DNA of 64,000 nt from Chiloscyllium plagiosum. Its lineage: Eukaryota. The position numbers and the translations under genes are program-made. This document shows positions 39,313 to 52,849 of the stretch, piece after piece; within the stretch, counting starts at the first letter, position 1, and every line of letters starts with the position of its first letter. The notes below the pieces were generated by a model. It did no database searches. It had not been told where the DNA came from and saw only the letters and a list, made by a program, of their open reading frames with translations. The stretch covers positions 24,133,359 to 24,197,358 of the forward strand of contig NC_057749.1 of the NCBI RefSeq assembly GCF_004010195.1, read 5' to 3'.

Positions 39313-39655
39313 GGCAAGCTGGCTCAGTGGTTAACACTGCTGTCTCACAGTGCAAGAGGCCTGGGTTTGATTCCAGCCTCAAGCAATTGTCTGTGTGGAG
39401 TTTGCACGTTCTCCCCGTGTCTGTGTGGGTTCCCTCTGGGTGCTCCAGTTTCCTCCCACAGTCCAAAGATGTGCAGGTTAGGGTGGATTGGCCATACTAA
39501 ATTGCCCCATAGTGTTTGGGGACGTTTAGGTTAAGTGCATTAGTCAAAGTTAAATGTAGAGTAATAGGGTAGAGGGAATGGGTCTAGGTGGGTTATTCTT
39601 TAGAGGACCTCTTGGGCTGAATGGCCTGTGTTCACGCTGGAGGGACTTATAATTC
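39313..39655 (+). mobile_element. HE1-type V-SINE
   Basis: Matches the other copies. Confidence 0.88.
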
Positions 39656-39659
39656 TGTA

Positions 39660-39928
39660 TGATTTGGAGATGCCGGTGTTGGACTGGGGTGTACAAAGTT
39701 AAAAATCACACAACACCAGGTTATAGTCCAACAGGTTTAATTGGAAGCACACTAGCTTTCGGAGCGACGCTCCTTCATCAGACGATAGTGGAGGGCTCGA
39801 TCGTAACACAGATCGTAATACGATCGAGCCCTCCACTATCACCTGATGAAGGAGCGTCGCTCCGAAAGCTAGTGTGCTTCCAATTAAACCTGTTGGACTA
39901 TAACCTGGTGTTGTGTGATTTTTAACTT
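39660..39928 (-). mobile_element. Palindromic element (family C), tail on the left
   Basis: Nearly identical to 35686-35949; TSD TTATAATTCTRTATG at 39647-61 and 39928-42. Confidence 0.9.
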
Positions 39929-40703
39929 TATAATTCTATATGTTGTGTGAGTGTGTATGAGATTGCACGTGTGTAAGAATGTGTTTGTGAGAAAGTTAGT
40001 GAATGGGTGTACGTGTTCACTCTTGTCCGAGATCTCAGTCAGCCTTGAATAGTTTTACCCTTTTCCAGGGATTACTGCAGCCGGTTAAATTGTTGACCAT
40101 GGGGATGTACAGAGCTCTGTGATCGGTCAGCAATCCCTGGGATTCTCATTTCTCCATCTCACTGCGATTCAGCCTTCACTGTTATGTAACTCCGAGCTTG
40201 AAGTTATTGTTGGACACACACTGTTAAACATTCTTCTGGCATTCTGTTGGCCAATATTTTAAAAGACCTATTAACCCATTTAATTCAAATGGGTAGAAAG
40301 CTGTGTAGGCAGAACACAGTACCATCTGATCATATTAATCATTCATCGGCCTCTCTGGTCAGCTGGAGATTCCACAGCCAGTTTACTCATTGCTGGCTCC
40401 AAGATTCAGGCTGTTACTTCCAGAGTCAGGTTTCAGGTTTTGTACAGATGATCTGGTGACATGCACAAAGCAACTCCTGGGTTCTGCCAAGGCATCTAGT
40501 ACATAGGAGGATCCCACAGACTGTCTGCATCAACCAGACTGACACGAACTACAATTCTCCCAACAAACTCGAGTAAAAGCCAACCTCAGATCATCAAGTT
40601 CATCGTGTGAATGTCCTTTACCCCCACTGGCACCATAACAGTCAGTCATCTCCTCTTACCTCACTGAATTCTAACTATCTGTCCACACTCATTCTCCGTA
40701 ACT

Positions 40704-42195
40704 TCACACCCTGATCACACCCACACTCACACCCTGATCACACACACGCACTCACACCCTGATCACACACATCACAGTCACACCCTGATCACACCCACAC
40801 TCACACCCTTATCACACACATCACACTCACACCCTGATCACACACACACTCACACCCTGATCATACCCACACTCACACCCTGATCACACACACACACACA
40901 CTGATCAAACACACACACACACCCTGATCACACACACATCCTGATCACAGACACACACCCTGATCAAACACAAACACACTGATCACACACACACACTCTG
41001 ATCAAACACACACACACNNNNNNNNNNNNNNNNNNNNNNNNNNNNNNNNNNNNNNNNNNNNNNNNNNNNNNNNNNNNNNNNNNNNNNNNNNNNNNNNNNN
41101 NNNNNNNNNNNNNNNNNNNNNNNNNNNNNNNNNNNNNNNNNNNNNNNNNNNNNNNNNNNNNNNNNNNNNNNNNNNNNNNNNNNNNNNNNNNNNNNNNNNN
41201 NNNNNNNNNNNNNNNNNNNNNNNNNNNNNNNNNNNNNNNNNNNNNNNNNNNNNNNNNNNNNNNNNNNNNNNNNNNNNNNNNNNNNNNNNNNNNNNNNNNN
41301 NNNNNNNNNNNNNNNNNNNNNNNNNNNNNNNNNNNNNNNNNNNNNNNNNNNNNNNNNNNNNNNNNNNNNNNNNNNNNNNNNNNNNNNNNNNNNNNNNNNN
41401 NNNNNNNNNNNNNNNNNNNNNNNNNNNNNNNNNNNNNNNNNNNNNNNNNNNNNNNNNNNNNNNNNNNNNNNNNNNNNNNNNNNNNNNNNNNNNNNNNNNN
41501 NNNNNNNNNNNNNNNNNNNNNNNNNNNNNNNNNNNNNNNNNNNNNNNNNNNNNNNNNNNNNNNNNNNNNNNNNNNNNNNNNNNNNNNNNNNNNNNNNNNN
41601 NNNNNNNNNNNNNNNNNNNNNNNNNNNNNNNNNNNNNNNNNNNNNNNNNNNNNNNNNNNNNNNNNNNNNNNNCCTGATCACACACACACACACACACACT
41701 CACACCCCGATCTCACACACACACACAAAAACTGTGATCACACACACTGTGATCACACTCACATACTATGATCACATTCATACCTTGATCACATACACAC
41801 ACACACACCCTGATCACGCACATTCCCTGATCATACCCCAATCACACTGACGCACTGCTTATGCTCATACTCTGGTCACATACACCCTGATCACACTCAC
41901 ACACTCATACCCTGATCACACACCTTGATCACACTCACACCCTGATCACAATCACACACTCATACCCTGATCATACTCACACCCTGATTTCACACCCTGT
42001 TCACACTCACACCTTGATCACACTCACACTTATACCCTGATCATTCTCAATCATTTACATGCTGATCACACTCACACCCTGTTCACACTCACACACTCAA
42101 ACCCTGATCACACCTGCACCTTGAACACACCCACACTCTGTCTACACTGACATTCACGCTCTGCTCACACACATTCTCACCCTGACCACACTCAC
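40704..42195. repeat. (CA)n-CCCTGAT minisatellite spanning an assembly gap (N 41018-41672)
   Basis: Repeated CACACCCTGATCACAC units with variable CA length on both sides of the N run. Confidence 0.92.
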
Positions 42196-42821
42196 AGTCT
42201 TGTTTGTACACACATATGCACACAACAAGTATGTGGCCATGCCCAGAAACACATTCTGCCCACAGAGACGATGTAGCCCACTCTATCACCTCCACGTACA
42301 CCAGGTCTGTGCACTAAACTGTACACAGTACCCTCTTCCCTCTTGCTTCTGCATTCCTTTGGTAGCAGAGGGTGGTGCAAACCTGTCTAACAGTACACAG
42401 CACAGCCTGTGCAAAACACACCCGAGATACCAGAAAATAGCTGATTGATGTATATATGACAATTAGCCCAATTATGGCCCAGGAGGATCCCAGGCTTTTT
42501 ACAGACTGGTCTTTCCAGCAGAACAAACAAACAAATTTAATTAATGTCCGTTAAACATTGGCCCTCAATAATCAGTTGAATATTTTCCTGCAATTCCCAG
42601 TTGACCTTATTTCTCTGACAAGAGGATAGAAATGTTTATTGACATTGTGTGTTGCATTACCGTCGAGAGATTCCAGAGTGCAGACCTCAGCACTCTAAAG
42701 ACAGAATCACGTTCGCTGTTTTGGCCACTTTGAGCTCACTGCCATGTTTACAATTCTCCGGCATAACAGACAGACAAACCCACGCATCCCGAAGTTTCAT
42801 TCACTAATGGTGTAGGTCACT

Positions 42822-43092
42822 TAGAGTCATAGAGACGTACAGCATGGAAACAGACCCTTCGGTACAACTCGTCCATGCTGACCAGATATCCTAACCTCAT
42901 CTAGTCCCCTTTGCCAGCACTTGGCCCATATCCCTCTCAGCCCTTCCTATTCATATACCCATCCAGATGCCTTTTAAGTGTTGTAATTGTACCACCCACC
43001 ACCACTTCCTCTAGCAGCTCATTCCATACACGTGCAATGAAACAGTTGCCCCTTAGGTCCCTTTTATATCTTTCCCTTCTCACCCTAAACCT
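42822..43092 (-). mobile_element. CR1/HER1 LINE 3' end
   Basis: AGAGTCATAGAG..CAGCATGGAAACAGACCCTTCGG tail signature. Confidence 0.85.
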
Positions 43093-43129
43093 ACCTAAAG
43101 GCCCAAATCAATGTTAATGGTCCTCTCTC

Positions 43130-44450
43130 ACTCAAGCCTGCCTCCTGACCTCATTACAACCTTGGTCCAAACATGGACAAAAGAGCTGCGCTCAAGGGAT
43201 GAGGCCAGAGTGACAGCCCTTGAGATCAAGGCTGCATTTGACTGAGTATGGCATCAACGAATCCTAGCAAAACTGGCATCACTAGTAATCGGGGGTGTGG
43301 GCAACTCTCTAATGTAATATTGCCATATATAAAAGAAGCTGATTGTGGTTGTTGGAGGTCAATCACCTCAGTCCCGAGACATCTCTGTCTAAGTTCCTCA
43401 GTATTCCTATTTTTCCTAATCAACCTGTTCAGAGATGTTATCATGCACCAGGTGGGACTTGAAACCCAGGTCTGCTGGCTCAGAGGTCTGGACAATACCA
43501 TTGTCCCACAACAGCCCTTAGTTTCTCAGTATAATGTCCTTGGTCCAACCATTTTCAGCTGCATCATCAACGACCTTCTCTCTATCATAAGATCAGAAAT
43601 GGGGATGTTCACTGATGATTGCACAGTGTTTAGCACCAATCACAACCCCTGTAGTTGTCTGTATCCAAATGCAGCAAGACGATTCAGGATGATAAGTGGC
43701 AAGTAAAATTGGCACCACAAGAATGCCAGGCAATGCCCGTCTCTGAGAGGAGAGAATCTAGCCAGCACCCCATGACATTCAATGGCTTTACTGTCTCTGA
43801 ACCCCCCCCCCCCCCATCAACATCCTGGGATTTGCAATTGACCAGGACCTGAATTGGACTCACCATATAAACACAGTGACTACTATGACAGGTCAGAGGC
43901 TAAGAATTCAATACTAACTTACCTTTTGATTCCCCAAGGCCTCTCTGCCATCTACAAGGCACAAGTTAGGAGTGTGATGGAATACTCTACATTTGCCTTG
44001 GTAGGTATAACTCACAAAACTTGAGATCATCCAGGACAAAGCTTCCTACCTGACTGGAACATCATTCACTACTTTAAGCATTCACTCCCTCTGCCACCAA
44101 TGCTCAGTAACAGCAATGTGTACCATCTGCAAGATGTGCTGCAGAAATTCACCAAAAATCCTTCAACAGGACCTTCCAAACCTGTTACGTCTATCATCCA
44201 GAAGAATGAGGGTGGCAGATGTATAGGAGCCCCACAATACGCAAGTTCCCTTCTAAGCCACTCACCATCTGGACTTGGAAATATATAGCCATTCCTTCAG
44301 TGTCACTGGTCAAAATCCTGGAATACCATTCCTAAAGCCCTATTGACTGCAGTGGTTCAAGAAGGCAGCTCACCACCACCTTCTCAAGGACAACCAATGA
44401 TGGACAACAAAGGCTGGCCCAGCCAGCAATGCCCACATCCCAAGATCAAC
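43130..44450 (+). mobile_element. Old CR1/L2-group LINE RT-to-3' remnant (family uncertain)
   Basis: VTALEIKAAFD*VWH, VLGPTIFSCIINDL..MFTDDC, IYKAQVRSVMEYS; 3' end GACTGCAGTGGTTCAAGAAGGCAGCTCACCACCACCTTCTCAAGG shared with other remnants (e.g. ~17610-17740, ~31875-31960). Confidence 0.75.
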
Positions 44451-44604
44451 TGAAACAAAATATTCATTAGGTGTATTCCAAGTAACATTTCACTCAAGGT
44501 GTTTGTCTCCTCCTCTGTTGAAGTGCACATCTCTAACAAGAGAGAATCTAACCCCTTGATATTCAATTACTTTACTATCACCAATTCCTCCACTATGACA
44601 CAAT

Positions 44605-44910
44605 CCAGAATCACACAGGAAACAGGCCATTCAGCCCAACAAGTTCATACCAACCCTCTGAAGAGTTTCCCACCCAGACCCATTCCTTATTACTCTACAT
44701 TTCCCCTCGACAATGCACCTCATCGACACACTCCTGAACGCTATGATCAATTTAGCATGGCCAACTCATCTTTGGACCGTGGAAGGAAACCCCACACAGA
44801 CACAGGGAGAATGTGCAAACTCCACACAGACAGTCAGCTGGGGGTGGCATTGAACCCGGGTCTCTGGCGCTGTGAGGTAGCAGTGCTAACCACTGAGCCA
44901 CGGTGCCGCC
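44605..44910 (-). mobile_element. HE1-type V-SINE
   Basis: Matches the other copies. Confidence 0.82.
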
Positions 44911-45842
44911 TTAAGTCCTTTTGAGTAGACTGGTTTCTTCCATTGAACAGCATTCCCCAACCAGTTAGCTGAGGTTGGACTTCATTTTTATGAAATCAAT
45001 TCTTTTGACATTACAACAGATCCCTGACTCCTAATCGTTGATACCATGCACAGTGTTTAAGGAAATACTTTCTGTTCCTTGTCACAATTGAAAATAAAAT
45101 TCCTCTGCGGGTGTGAGTGTTGTTGGTGAAGCCACGAATGTTGAGAGTCTGGAGTTCCCTTGTTCAGATGGGGCTGAGTTTTCTCAAGCGACTGTACTCC
45201 GTGTAGGTGTCTCGCTGAATAAGGAATTCTAGAATGTGACAGTGAATGGACATTATAAATGCCCAAGTGTGGATGGTGTGTAAATTGATGGGCCATTGAA
45301 ATATCATTTATTTTCCCTGTGGTGGTGCTCAGGTGAACTTAGCAAGAACAATCCTATGCCAAGGATGAAATCTTGGAAATAGAGTCAAACACTTGCCGTT
45401 TATTAATGATTAAGAGTTGCACACTCATGACCGAATAAAGGATTCCTTTCCACAGAGAATACACATTACACATCAAACAGAACCCTTCGAGTGCCTCCCA
45501 CTGTGTCTTCACAATCACTGCCTACACTTTCACCATTTAAACTGTTGTACTTCTCCATCAGTTACTTCTCTCTCTCTCTCTCTGTACCCATCTGTATCAG
45601 GAGGTCTCAATATGTTTGGGTTAACAGGAAAATCAAGTCTCCAGTTGTTGTGATAAAGTGAATCTGAATGTAAACAATGTGACCCAACCCAGAATCATTC
45701 CGCACACGGCCTCGGAACAGACACTTCAACAGCCTTTCCATTTTAGGCTTTATGTAAATACAGCAATTACCTAAAAATGGAATAAAACGCACAAGTCATT
45801 TTGAGCAAACTGGTTTCTCTCACTGTTCCTCCTTCACAAACA

Positions 45843-46102
45843 GGGCAGCTCAGTGGTTAGCACTGCTGCCTCACAGTGCCAAGGATCCAGGTTCGATTCC
45901 AGCCTTGGGTGGCTATCTGTGTGGAGTTTGCACATCTCCCCTGTGTCTGTCTGGGTTTTCTCCTACTGTCCAAAGATGTTCAGGTTGGGTGGGTAGGCCA
46001 TGGGAAATGTAGGACATCGGGTCTGGTTGGGATGCTCTTTAGGGGTTCAGTATAGACTCAAGAGGCTGAATGGCCTGTTTCCACACTATAGGAATTCTAT
46101 GA
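45843..46102 (+). mobile_element. HE1-type V-SINE (internally deleted)
   Basis: Matches the other copies. Confidence 0.82.
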
Positions 46103-46394
46103 AACTCCAACAATGGGAGATGATGGAGCAGTAGATATTTATATGAACTTTTAGGGACAGAAGTAGGCCTCACACCTACTCCACCATTCAACACAATCTT
46201 GGTCTGAACACAATTTTTCTGCCTCATTCCCTATGATCTGCGTGTCAAAACAAAAAGCTATCTAGTTCAGACTTGAATATATTCAACGGCCACACTTTCT
46301 GTTGAAGAGATTTTCCAAAGAACAGCAACCCTCTGAGAGAAGAAATTCATCCGCAACTCTGTCTTAAATGCCAGGCCAAAAATTGTGTCCCATC

Positions 46395-46806
46395 ACTTGA
46401 CTCAGTAGTTAGCACTGCTGCCTCACAGCACCAGGGTTCCAGGTTTGATTCCCGCCTCAGGTGACTGTCTGTGTGGAGTTTGCACATTCTCCCCGTGTCT
46501 GTGTGGGTTTCCTCCCATAGCCCAAAGATGTGCAGGTTAGGGTGAATTGGCTATGCTAGTTTTCCCATAGTGTTCAGGGATGTGTAGGCTAGGGTGAATT
46601 GGCCATGCTAAATTGCTCATAGTGTTCAGGGATGTGTAGGTTAGGGTGAATTGGCCATGCCAAATTGCTCATAGTGTTCAGGGATGTGTAGGTTAGGTGC
46701 ATTAGTCAGGGGTAAATGTAGAGTAATATGATAGGGTCTGGGTGGGTTATTCTTTGGAGGGTAGGTGTGGACTTGTTGGGCCAAATTTCCACACAGTAGG
46801 GATTCA
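46395..46806 (+). mobile_element. HE1-type V-SINE with 3 x 52-bp internal tandem repeat
   Basis: Units at 46534-85, 46586-637 and 46638-89. Confidence 0.9.
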
Positions 46807-47949
46807 ACGATTCTAGACTCCTTTAAGAGCAAGTATCCTCTCGGCATTTGCTCTGTCAAGCCCTCACAGAATCCTTTCCATTTTTCTAAACTCTAATGGG
46901 TATGGGCTAATCTGCTCAAGCTTTTTGAATAAGACAAAACTCAAGAATCAGTCCAGAGACCTTCTCTGAACTGTTTTCAATACTAGTATATCCCTGCTGA
47001 ACTAAGACTAAGACTATGTAGGATACTGTAGATTTTGCCTCGCAGATACCCCATACACTTCCCTATTTTACACCCCAATGTCTATTTAGTTCAGACCCAT
47101 AGTCCACTCAATTTCCTAATAACTTGGTGTACCGGCACAGTAACATTTTATGGTTTGCGTACAAGGACACCAGATCCCTCTGTATCATTTGGTGACCTCT
47201 GACTATGTAAATATTATTCTGCCTTTTCCTTCATCTTACCGAAATGGATAACCTCACAGTTTCCTGTGTATGCTCCATTTGTCAAATTTCTGCCCACTCA
47301 CTAATCTATCGATCTTCCTCCATTCCTCACAACTTGCTTGCCCACCCACCTTTGTACCAAGAGCGAATGTTGCTACAATAGACTTAGTCCCTTTGACAAT
47401 GTTATTGATGTCTATCATAAATAGTGGGGTCCCTGCTCTGTCTCCTGCAAGAATCAGCTGGCTCTAGTTTGTCAATCTGAGGATAACGCAATTATTCAGC
47501 AAACGTACAGAACTGCTGCAGTCCTGGTCTGGACTGTGTGAAATAATCCCACGAAAGCTGGTCTCCTTTATTTACACTGACCCAGCTAGCTCAGAGCCAG
47601 TTCCTAGTGTGAGCAGAATCCCCAATGCTCCTATTTCTATCTGTCAGCCAGAGCTCCCTGATTGGACCAGCCCCAATCAAAGAACTCATATTCAATGAGG
47701 TCCACTTGGCTGTCTTCATTCCAATGACTATACTGTACAAAGTGCAGAGACTGCAGATGGTGCTGCAGATGGCGTTGGAAAGATTGGCCTGGAAACCCTG
47801 GCAAGGAGGGTCTGAGGGTGCAGGAGAGCCAGGGGAGAATGAGAGACGGCTCTCCAGCAGATAGCATTCACAGCTCAACCATGGCATCGCTGGCAGTGGA
47901 AAACAGTTTGAGGTCAGGAGCAAACTGACTAGCAAGGAAGTCAAATGGA

Positions 47950-48500
47950 ACACTGGACTTTATTTCAAAGGAATTGGAATAGAAAAATGGATAAATCTAG
48001 CTGAAGCTATACAAGGCACTAGTTAGACCACACCTAGAATATTCTGAACAGTTTTAGTCTGCTTATTGAAAGAATGATATACTGGCATTGGAGGTGGACC
48101 AGAGAAGGAGAACTGAGCTGATCCCAGATGTGCAGGGATTTTCTCATAGGTTGAGGAAGTTGGGTTTGTCTGCATTGAAGTTTGGAATAATAACTGGTGA
48201 CTTTATTGAAAGATACATGATTCTTAGGGGGTTTGCTAGGGTAGATGGGAAACGTTGCTTCCCCACATGGGAGAGTTTTTAACCACGGGATATCATCTCA
48301 GAATAAGGGGTTGCCCAGTCAGGGGACAAATAAGGAGGAATATCTTCTCTCAAAAGTTTGTGAATCTGCGGAATTCTTTACCACAGAGGGCTGTCGAGGC
48401 TGGGTCACTATGTGTATTCAAAGCTGAGAGAGACAGATTTTTAATCAGGAAAGTAATCAGGGGTTATGGGTAAAAGGCAGAATAGAGGAGTTAATGAATA
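47950..48500 (+). mobile_element. CR1 LINE 3' fragment
   Basis: LKLYKALVRPHLEY, RRNIFSQKFVNLRNSLPQRAVEAGS. Confidence 0.82.
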
Positions 48501-48502
48501 TC

Positions 48503-49487
48503 ATACAGTCATACAGATGTACAGCATGGAAACAGACCCTTCGGTCTAACTCGTATATGCTGACCAGATATCCCAACCCAATCTAGCTCCACCTGCTAGC
48601 ACCCGGCCTATATCCCTCCAAACTCTTCCTATTCATATACCCATCCAAATGCCTTTTAAATGTTGCAATTTTACCAGCCTCGACCACTTCCTCTGGCAAC
48701 TCATTCCATACACGTACCACCCTGTGCGTGAACAAATTGCCCCTTAGGTCTCTTTTATATCTTTCCCCTCTCACCTTAAATCTATGCTCTCTAGTTCTGG
48801 ACTCCCTCACCCTAGGGAAAAGACTTTGTCTAATCATCCTATCCATGCTCCTCATGATTTTATAAACTTCTATAAGGTCACCCTTCAGCCTTCGACACTC
48901 CAGGGAAAACAGCTCCATCCTGTTCAGCCTCTCCCGAATGCTCAAATCCTCCAACCTTGGCAACATCCTTGTAAATCTTTTCTGAACTCTTTCAAGTTTC
49001 ACAACATCCTTCCAAGAGGAAGGAGACCAGAATTGCACGCAATATTCCAACAATAGCCTAACCAATGTCCTGTACAGCCGCAACATAACCTCCCAGCTCC
49101 TATACTCAATGCTCTGACCAATAAAGGAAAGCATACCAAACGCCTTCTTCACTATCCTATTGACCTGCAACTCCACTTACAAGGAGCTATGAGCCTACAC
49201 TCCAAGGTCTCTTTGTTCAGCAACACTCCCCAAAACCTTACCATTAAGTGTATAAGTCCTGCTAAGATTTGCTTTCCCAAAATGCAGCACCTCACATTTA
49301 TCTAAATTAAACTCCATCTGCCACTCCTCAGCACATTTGATTAAGATCCCGTTGTAACCCGGGTAACCCTCTTCGCTGTCCACTACACCTCCAATTTTGG
49401 TGTCATCTGCAAACTTACTAACTATACCTCTTATGCTCACATCCAAATCATTTATATAAATGATAAAAAGTAGAGGGCCCAGCACCG
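48503..49487 (-). mobile_element. CR1/HER1 LINE, relatively young 5'-truncated copy
   Basis: ORFs 49195-49485 (VLGPLLFIIYINDLD..SKFADDTKIGG, RT motif) and 48583-49176 (197 aa C-terminus). Confidence 0.95.
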
Positions 49488-50857
49488 AAGATCAGCCATG
49501 ATCCCACTGAATGGCTGGGCAAATTCGATGGGCTGAATGGCCCACTTCTGTTCCCAAATCTTAAAAGCAGTGATCAGGAGAGGGGAGATTGGGAGGGGAG
49601 TAATCAAATTGGATGTCATTATGGGGGTGGGGTGTATAAAAAGGAAGGGAGTGATCAGGTCAGGGGCTTGTTGGGAAGATGGGATGATCATGGCAGCAGA
49701 GTGTGATTGGGAGATGGGTGGATTGGGAGGGGTTTGACTGCCATGGGGATAAGTTGATTGGTGGGTGGTGATCAGGAGGTTGGTGAACAGAAAGGGATTG
49801 GGACGGTATAAACAGGAATGCAGGATGATCAAGAGGAGGGAGGGGATATTGGGAGAGGTGTGAATGGGAGGAGAATGATCAGTGAGAGTAATTAGTAGGA
49901 GGTGAACCGAGTGACCCGACAATCAGTGGAGTGTTTGACAAGCAGGTTCCCAGAAGGAGGGGGTTAATCAGAAGGAGAATGGTCATTGGAAGAGGGGAGG
50001 TAGATAAGCAGGGGGTAAACAGATGGAGGACAGAACATAGCACAGTCAATCACGCAAATTAGTCTTCCTTCTACTGACTCCATCCACACTTGGTGCTGCC
50101 TTGGGAAGGCAGCCAACCTCATCAATGACCCCCTCCCACCCCGGTTACACTCTCTTCCACCTTCTTCTGTTAAGCAGAAGATGTAAAAGTTTGAACACAC
50201 GTATGAACAGGTTCAAGAACAGCTTCTTCCCTGCTGTTATCAGATTGTTGAACAGACCCCTCAAATGTTACTTCTGATCTCTCTCTTTGCATCTTGTAAC
50301 ACTGTATTCTGCACTCTGTTATCCTGACTCACTGTGTATGGTACGATCTGCCTGTTTAGCATGCAAAACAGAACATTCCATCACATCTCAGGACATGTGA
50401 CAACAATCAATCGATCAATAATCGGAAGAGGAGGTGCTGAGGAAGGAAGGGTATCGGGATGGGGGCGACTGGGAAAAGTGAGTGTCAGGAGGGAGAAGGG
50501 GGTAATCAGGAGGTGATTGGACAAAGAAAGAACATTCTAGAAAAGTGAGATTGAAGTAGGAAGGGTCTGATCAATGGGCAGTCAGTGGTTTAATGACGGG
50601 AGGACAGTCCTTTTCTGCCCAGATCCATATTCAAATCTATTTTAATGTAATGTTTTGGAAATCCGTTTGGATTCACTGCTTGGGGATCCAGCTCCCCTGA
50701 GAACAAATGTGATAACCTTCTCAGTTTCCTGCCCATATATCTGCTTCCAACTTTCCATACCTATTTACCAGCCAAGCTATGTATAATTATTTCAGTCTAC
50801 AGAGATACAAAAAAATTCTTCCTTTAATTCCAATAAAGTGATTCACAAGTTAGCTTC

Positions 50858-51392
50858 TTTGTGCGTTTATTTGCATGCCTGTGTATGTGTGCGTATTTCT
50901 GTACCTGTGTGTGTGTCTGTCTGTGTGTTTCTGTATCTATTTGTGTGTCACTCTGTGTATCTTTGTCTTTGTGCATATGTCTGTCTATGCATATGTTTGT
51001 GTCTGTTTGTGTTTATGTTTATGTATATGTCTATTGATGTGTGTGAGACTGCCAATGTGGGTATGTGCCTGCGTCTATGGGTATCTGTGTATGTGTGCAT
51101 GGGTCTGTGTGTTTATTTGTGTGTATTGTGTCTATGTGCGTCTGTGTCTGGTTGTGTGTATCTTTGCATTGTCTATGTGTGTCTATATTTGTGTGTATCT
51201 GAGTTTGTGTCTACATGTAATTTTGTGTGTATCAGTGTCTAAGTGTGTCTGTATCTGTATGTAATTTTATGTGCATCTGTGACTGTGTATAAATGTGTGT
51301 ATCTGTGTTTGTGTGTGTCTATGCCTATGTGTTCGTATCTGTGTCTGTGTGTGTGTCAATTTGTCTGTGTGTGCGCGCATGTATATGTGCTG
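50858..51392. repeat. TGTGTC/TGTA-rich simple repeat
   Basis: Composition. Confidence 0.88.
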
Positions 51393-51928
51393 TCGATCTG
51401 ATGGAGCAGAGAGCATTTCCTGAAAGAACGAGCAGTGAATTCTTCACATTTTTCTACACTGGAAAGAATTTGGTTGCACTTGTTGATTCAGTTGTGTTGA
51501 TTTTTATCAACTGGCGTTCTGCTCGGAAGGGTTCACACGATGAGGCGACTGTTCCTTCAGGTTCACTGTGAAGGAAGCACACCCAGTGCAGGCTGGGGTC
51601 GACAGGACCTAGCTGATGGACGACATCACATAGAAAGGGAGAAGGAACATGGCCGACGCAATTATTCCCCCATGAAGTAGCTGAGGCTGGACTTCAATAA
51701 AAGGGATTATAAATGTGATGCAGTCTGTTTCAGTAGCAAGGACAGGAAGGTCACTTATTACCCAGGAGCTGGAGGTTCAGCTGGAGGAGAGGATCAAAAG
51801 CATTTCAGAGCATCAAGCAGTGGGTAGCCAATTAGGGAAAGTTAATGGTCAAGTAAAGCCAATTAGAGGCAGACTGGATCTTGCCAATTGTCTGGAGGTA
51901 GCCTCTTGATAACAGACTGGGAGGAGGG

Positions 51929-52347
51929 CCGACTGCCTGCCCCTCTTCCGCGGTTACGTTAGGGGCCGGGTGTCCTTGGAGAAGGAGCACGCGGTGTCCA
52001 CCAACATTCTGGAGATGTTCAGGGAGAGGTGGGTGCCGCAGGGAGTGGAGTGCATTATTTCCCCCTCCAACTCTATTTTGATTTAATCCCTGCCCTCCCC
52101 TTCACTGTTTGATCACACAGCATTGCCTTTTGCGAAGGGCACTGCTTGTCACTGACCACTCGGGTGTTTTCCTATCTTCCTGGTGGTGGAAATTGAATAA
52201 AGATTCGTGCAGTTTGTGTCTCTCACTGTGTCTCACACCTGCACACACACAACATGGGTGCTGGGGGAAAAATAAGCACTACCGCAGTTAGGTGGTAGTG
52301 TGGGGGTTAAATATTTTTTTAAAAAATAATAAACAGGAAGAAAAAAA
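51929..52347 (+). mobile_element. 5'-truncated Tx1-clade (L1 group) LINE insertion
   Basis: 51931-52086 encodes DCLPLFRGYVRGRVSLEKEHAVSTNILEMFRERWVPQGVECIISPSNSILI*; 3'UTR with AATAAA; A-rich tail; 18-bp TSD AACAGACTGGGAGGAGGG at 51911-28 and 52348-65. Confidence 0.8.
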
Positions 52348-52849
52348 AACAGACTGGGAGGAGGGAGTGGGGAGAGATGTCCAGTGCTCCAGACGGGTTT
52401 TGAGGCCTTCCTCACTTGCTTAGTGACAGCCGTAAGATGCCCCACAGGTCCCTCCTCCAGAAAGTTGATCCATTATGGAATATTAGCTCTCCTCTGGGTG
52501 TTACTATACTGAGCTACTTGCCAGTGCATGGCAACTGGAGAGCCTGGGAGTGCAACACTCTCAGTAAGTTGTCCTCACTTACCATCCACTATTGATAGGG
52601 CTGATCAATAAGGCCCATGGCTTTCACAGGCGTGTAGATCTCAGTCAGCTACACTGCCCGGCAGCTGAGGCTGTCCCTGAAATGAAAAGTGTTGCAGGGG
52701 CCACTTGCAGTTTCCGTAATTAGCCAATTCACTGAACATCCCTGCCAGGTTACTCTGCCCTGAGCAGTCCCCTGTTTCAGCCCAACGCAAAATTGAAACC
52801 CTGGCTCCAATGTGAACACTAGTCGTGGGCAAAAGGACTGACATCACAG

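Noticed and set aside
40704..42195. CRISPR-like array or 233-238 aa ORFs
   Set aside because: Eukaryotic CA-rich minisatellite with no unique spacers; the ORFs are artefacts of the N gap.
48583..49485. Functional reverse transcriptase gene
   Set aside because: 5'-truncated, frameshifted CR1 copy lacking the endonuclease and most of the RT.
50838..51571. Cys/Val-rich membrane-like ORFs
   Set aside because: Translation of TG-rich simple repeat; the same applies to the ORFs at 38899-39317.
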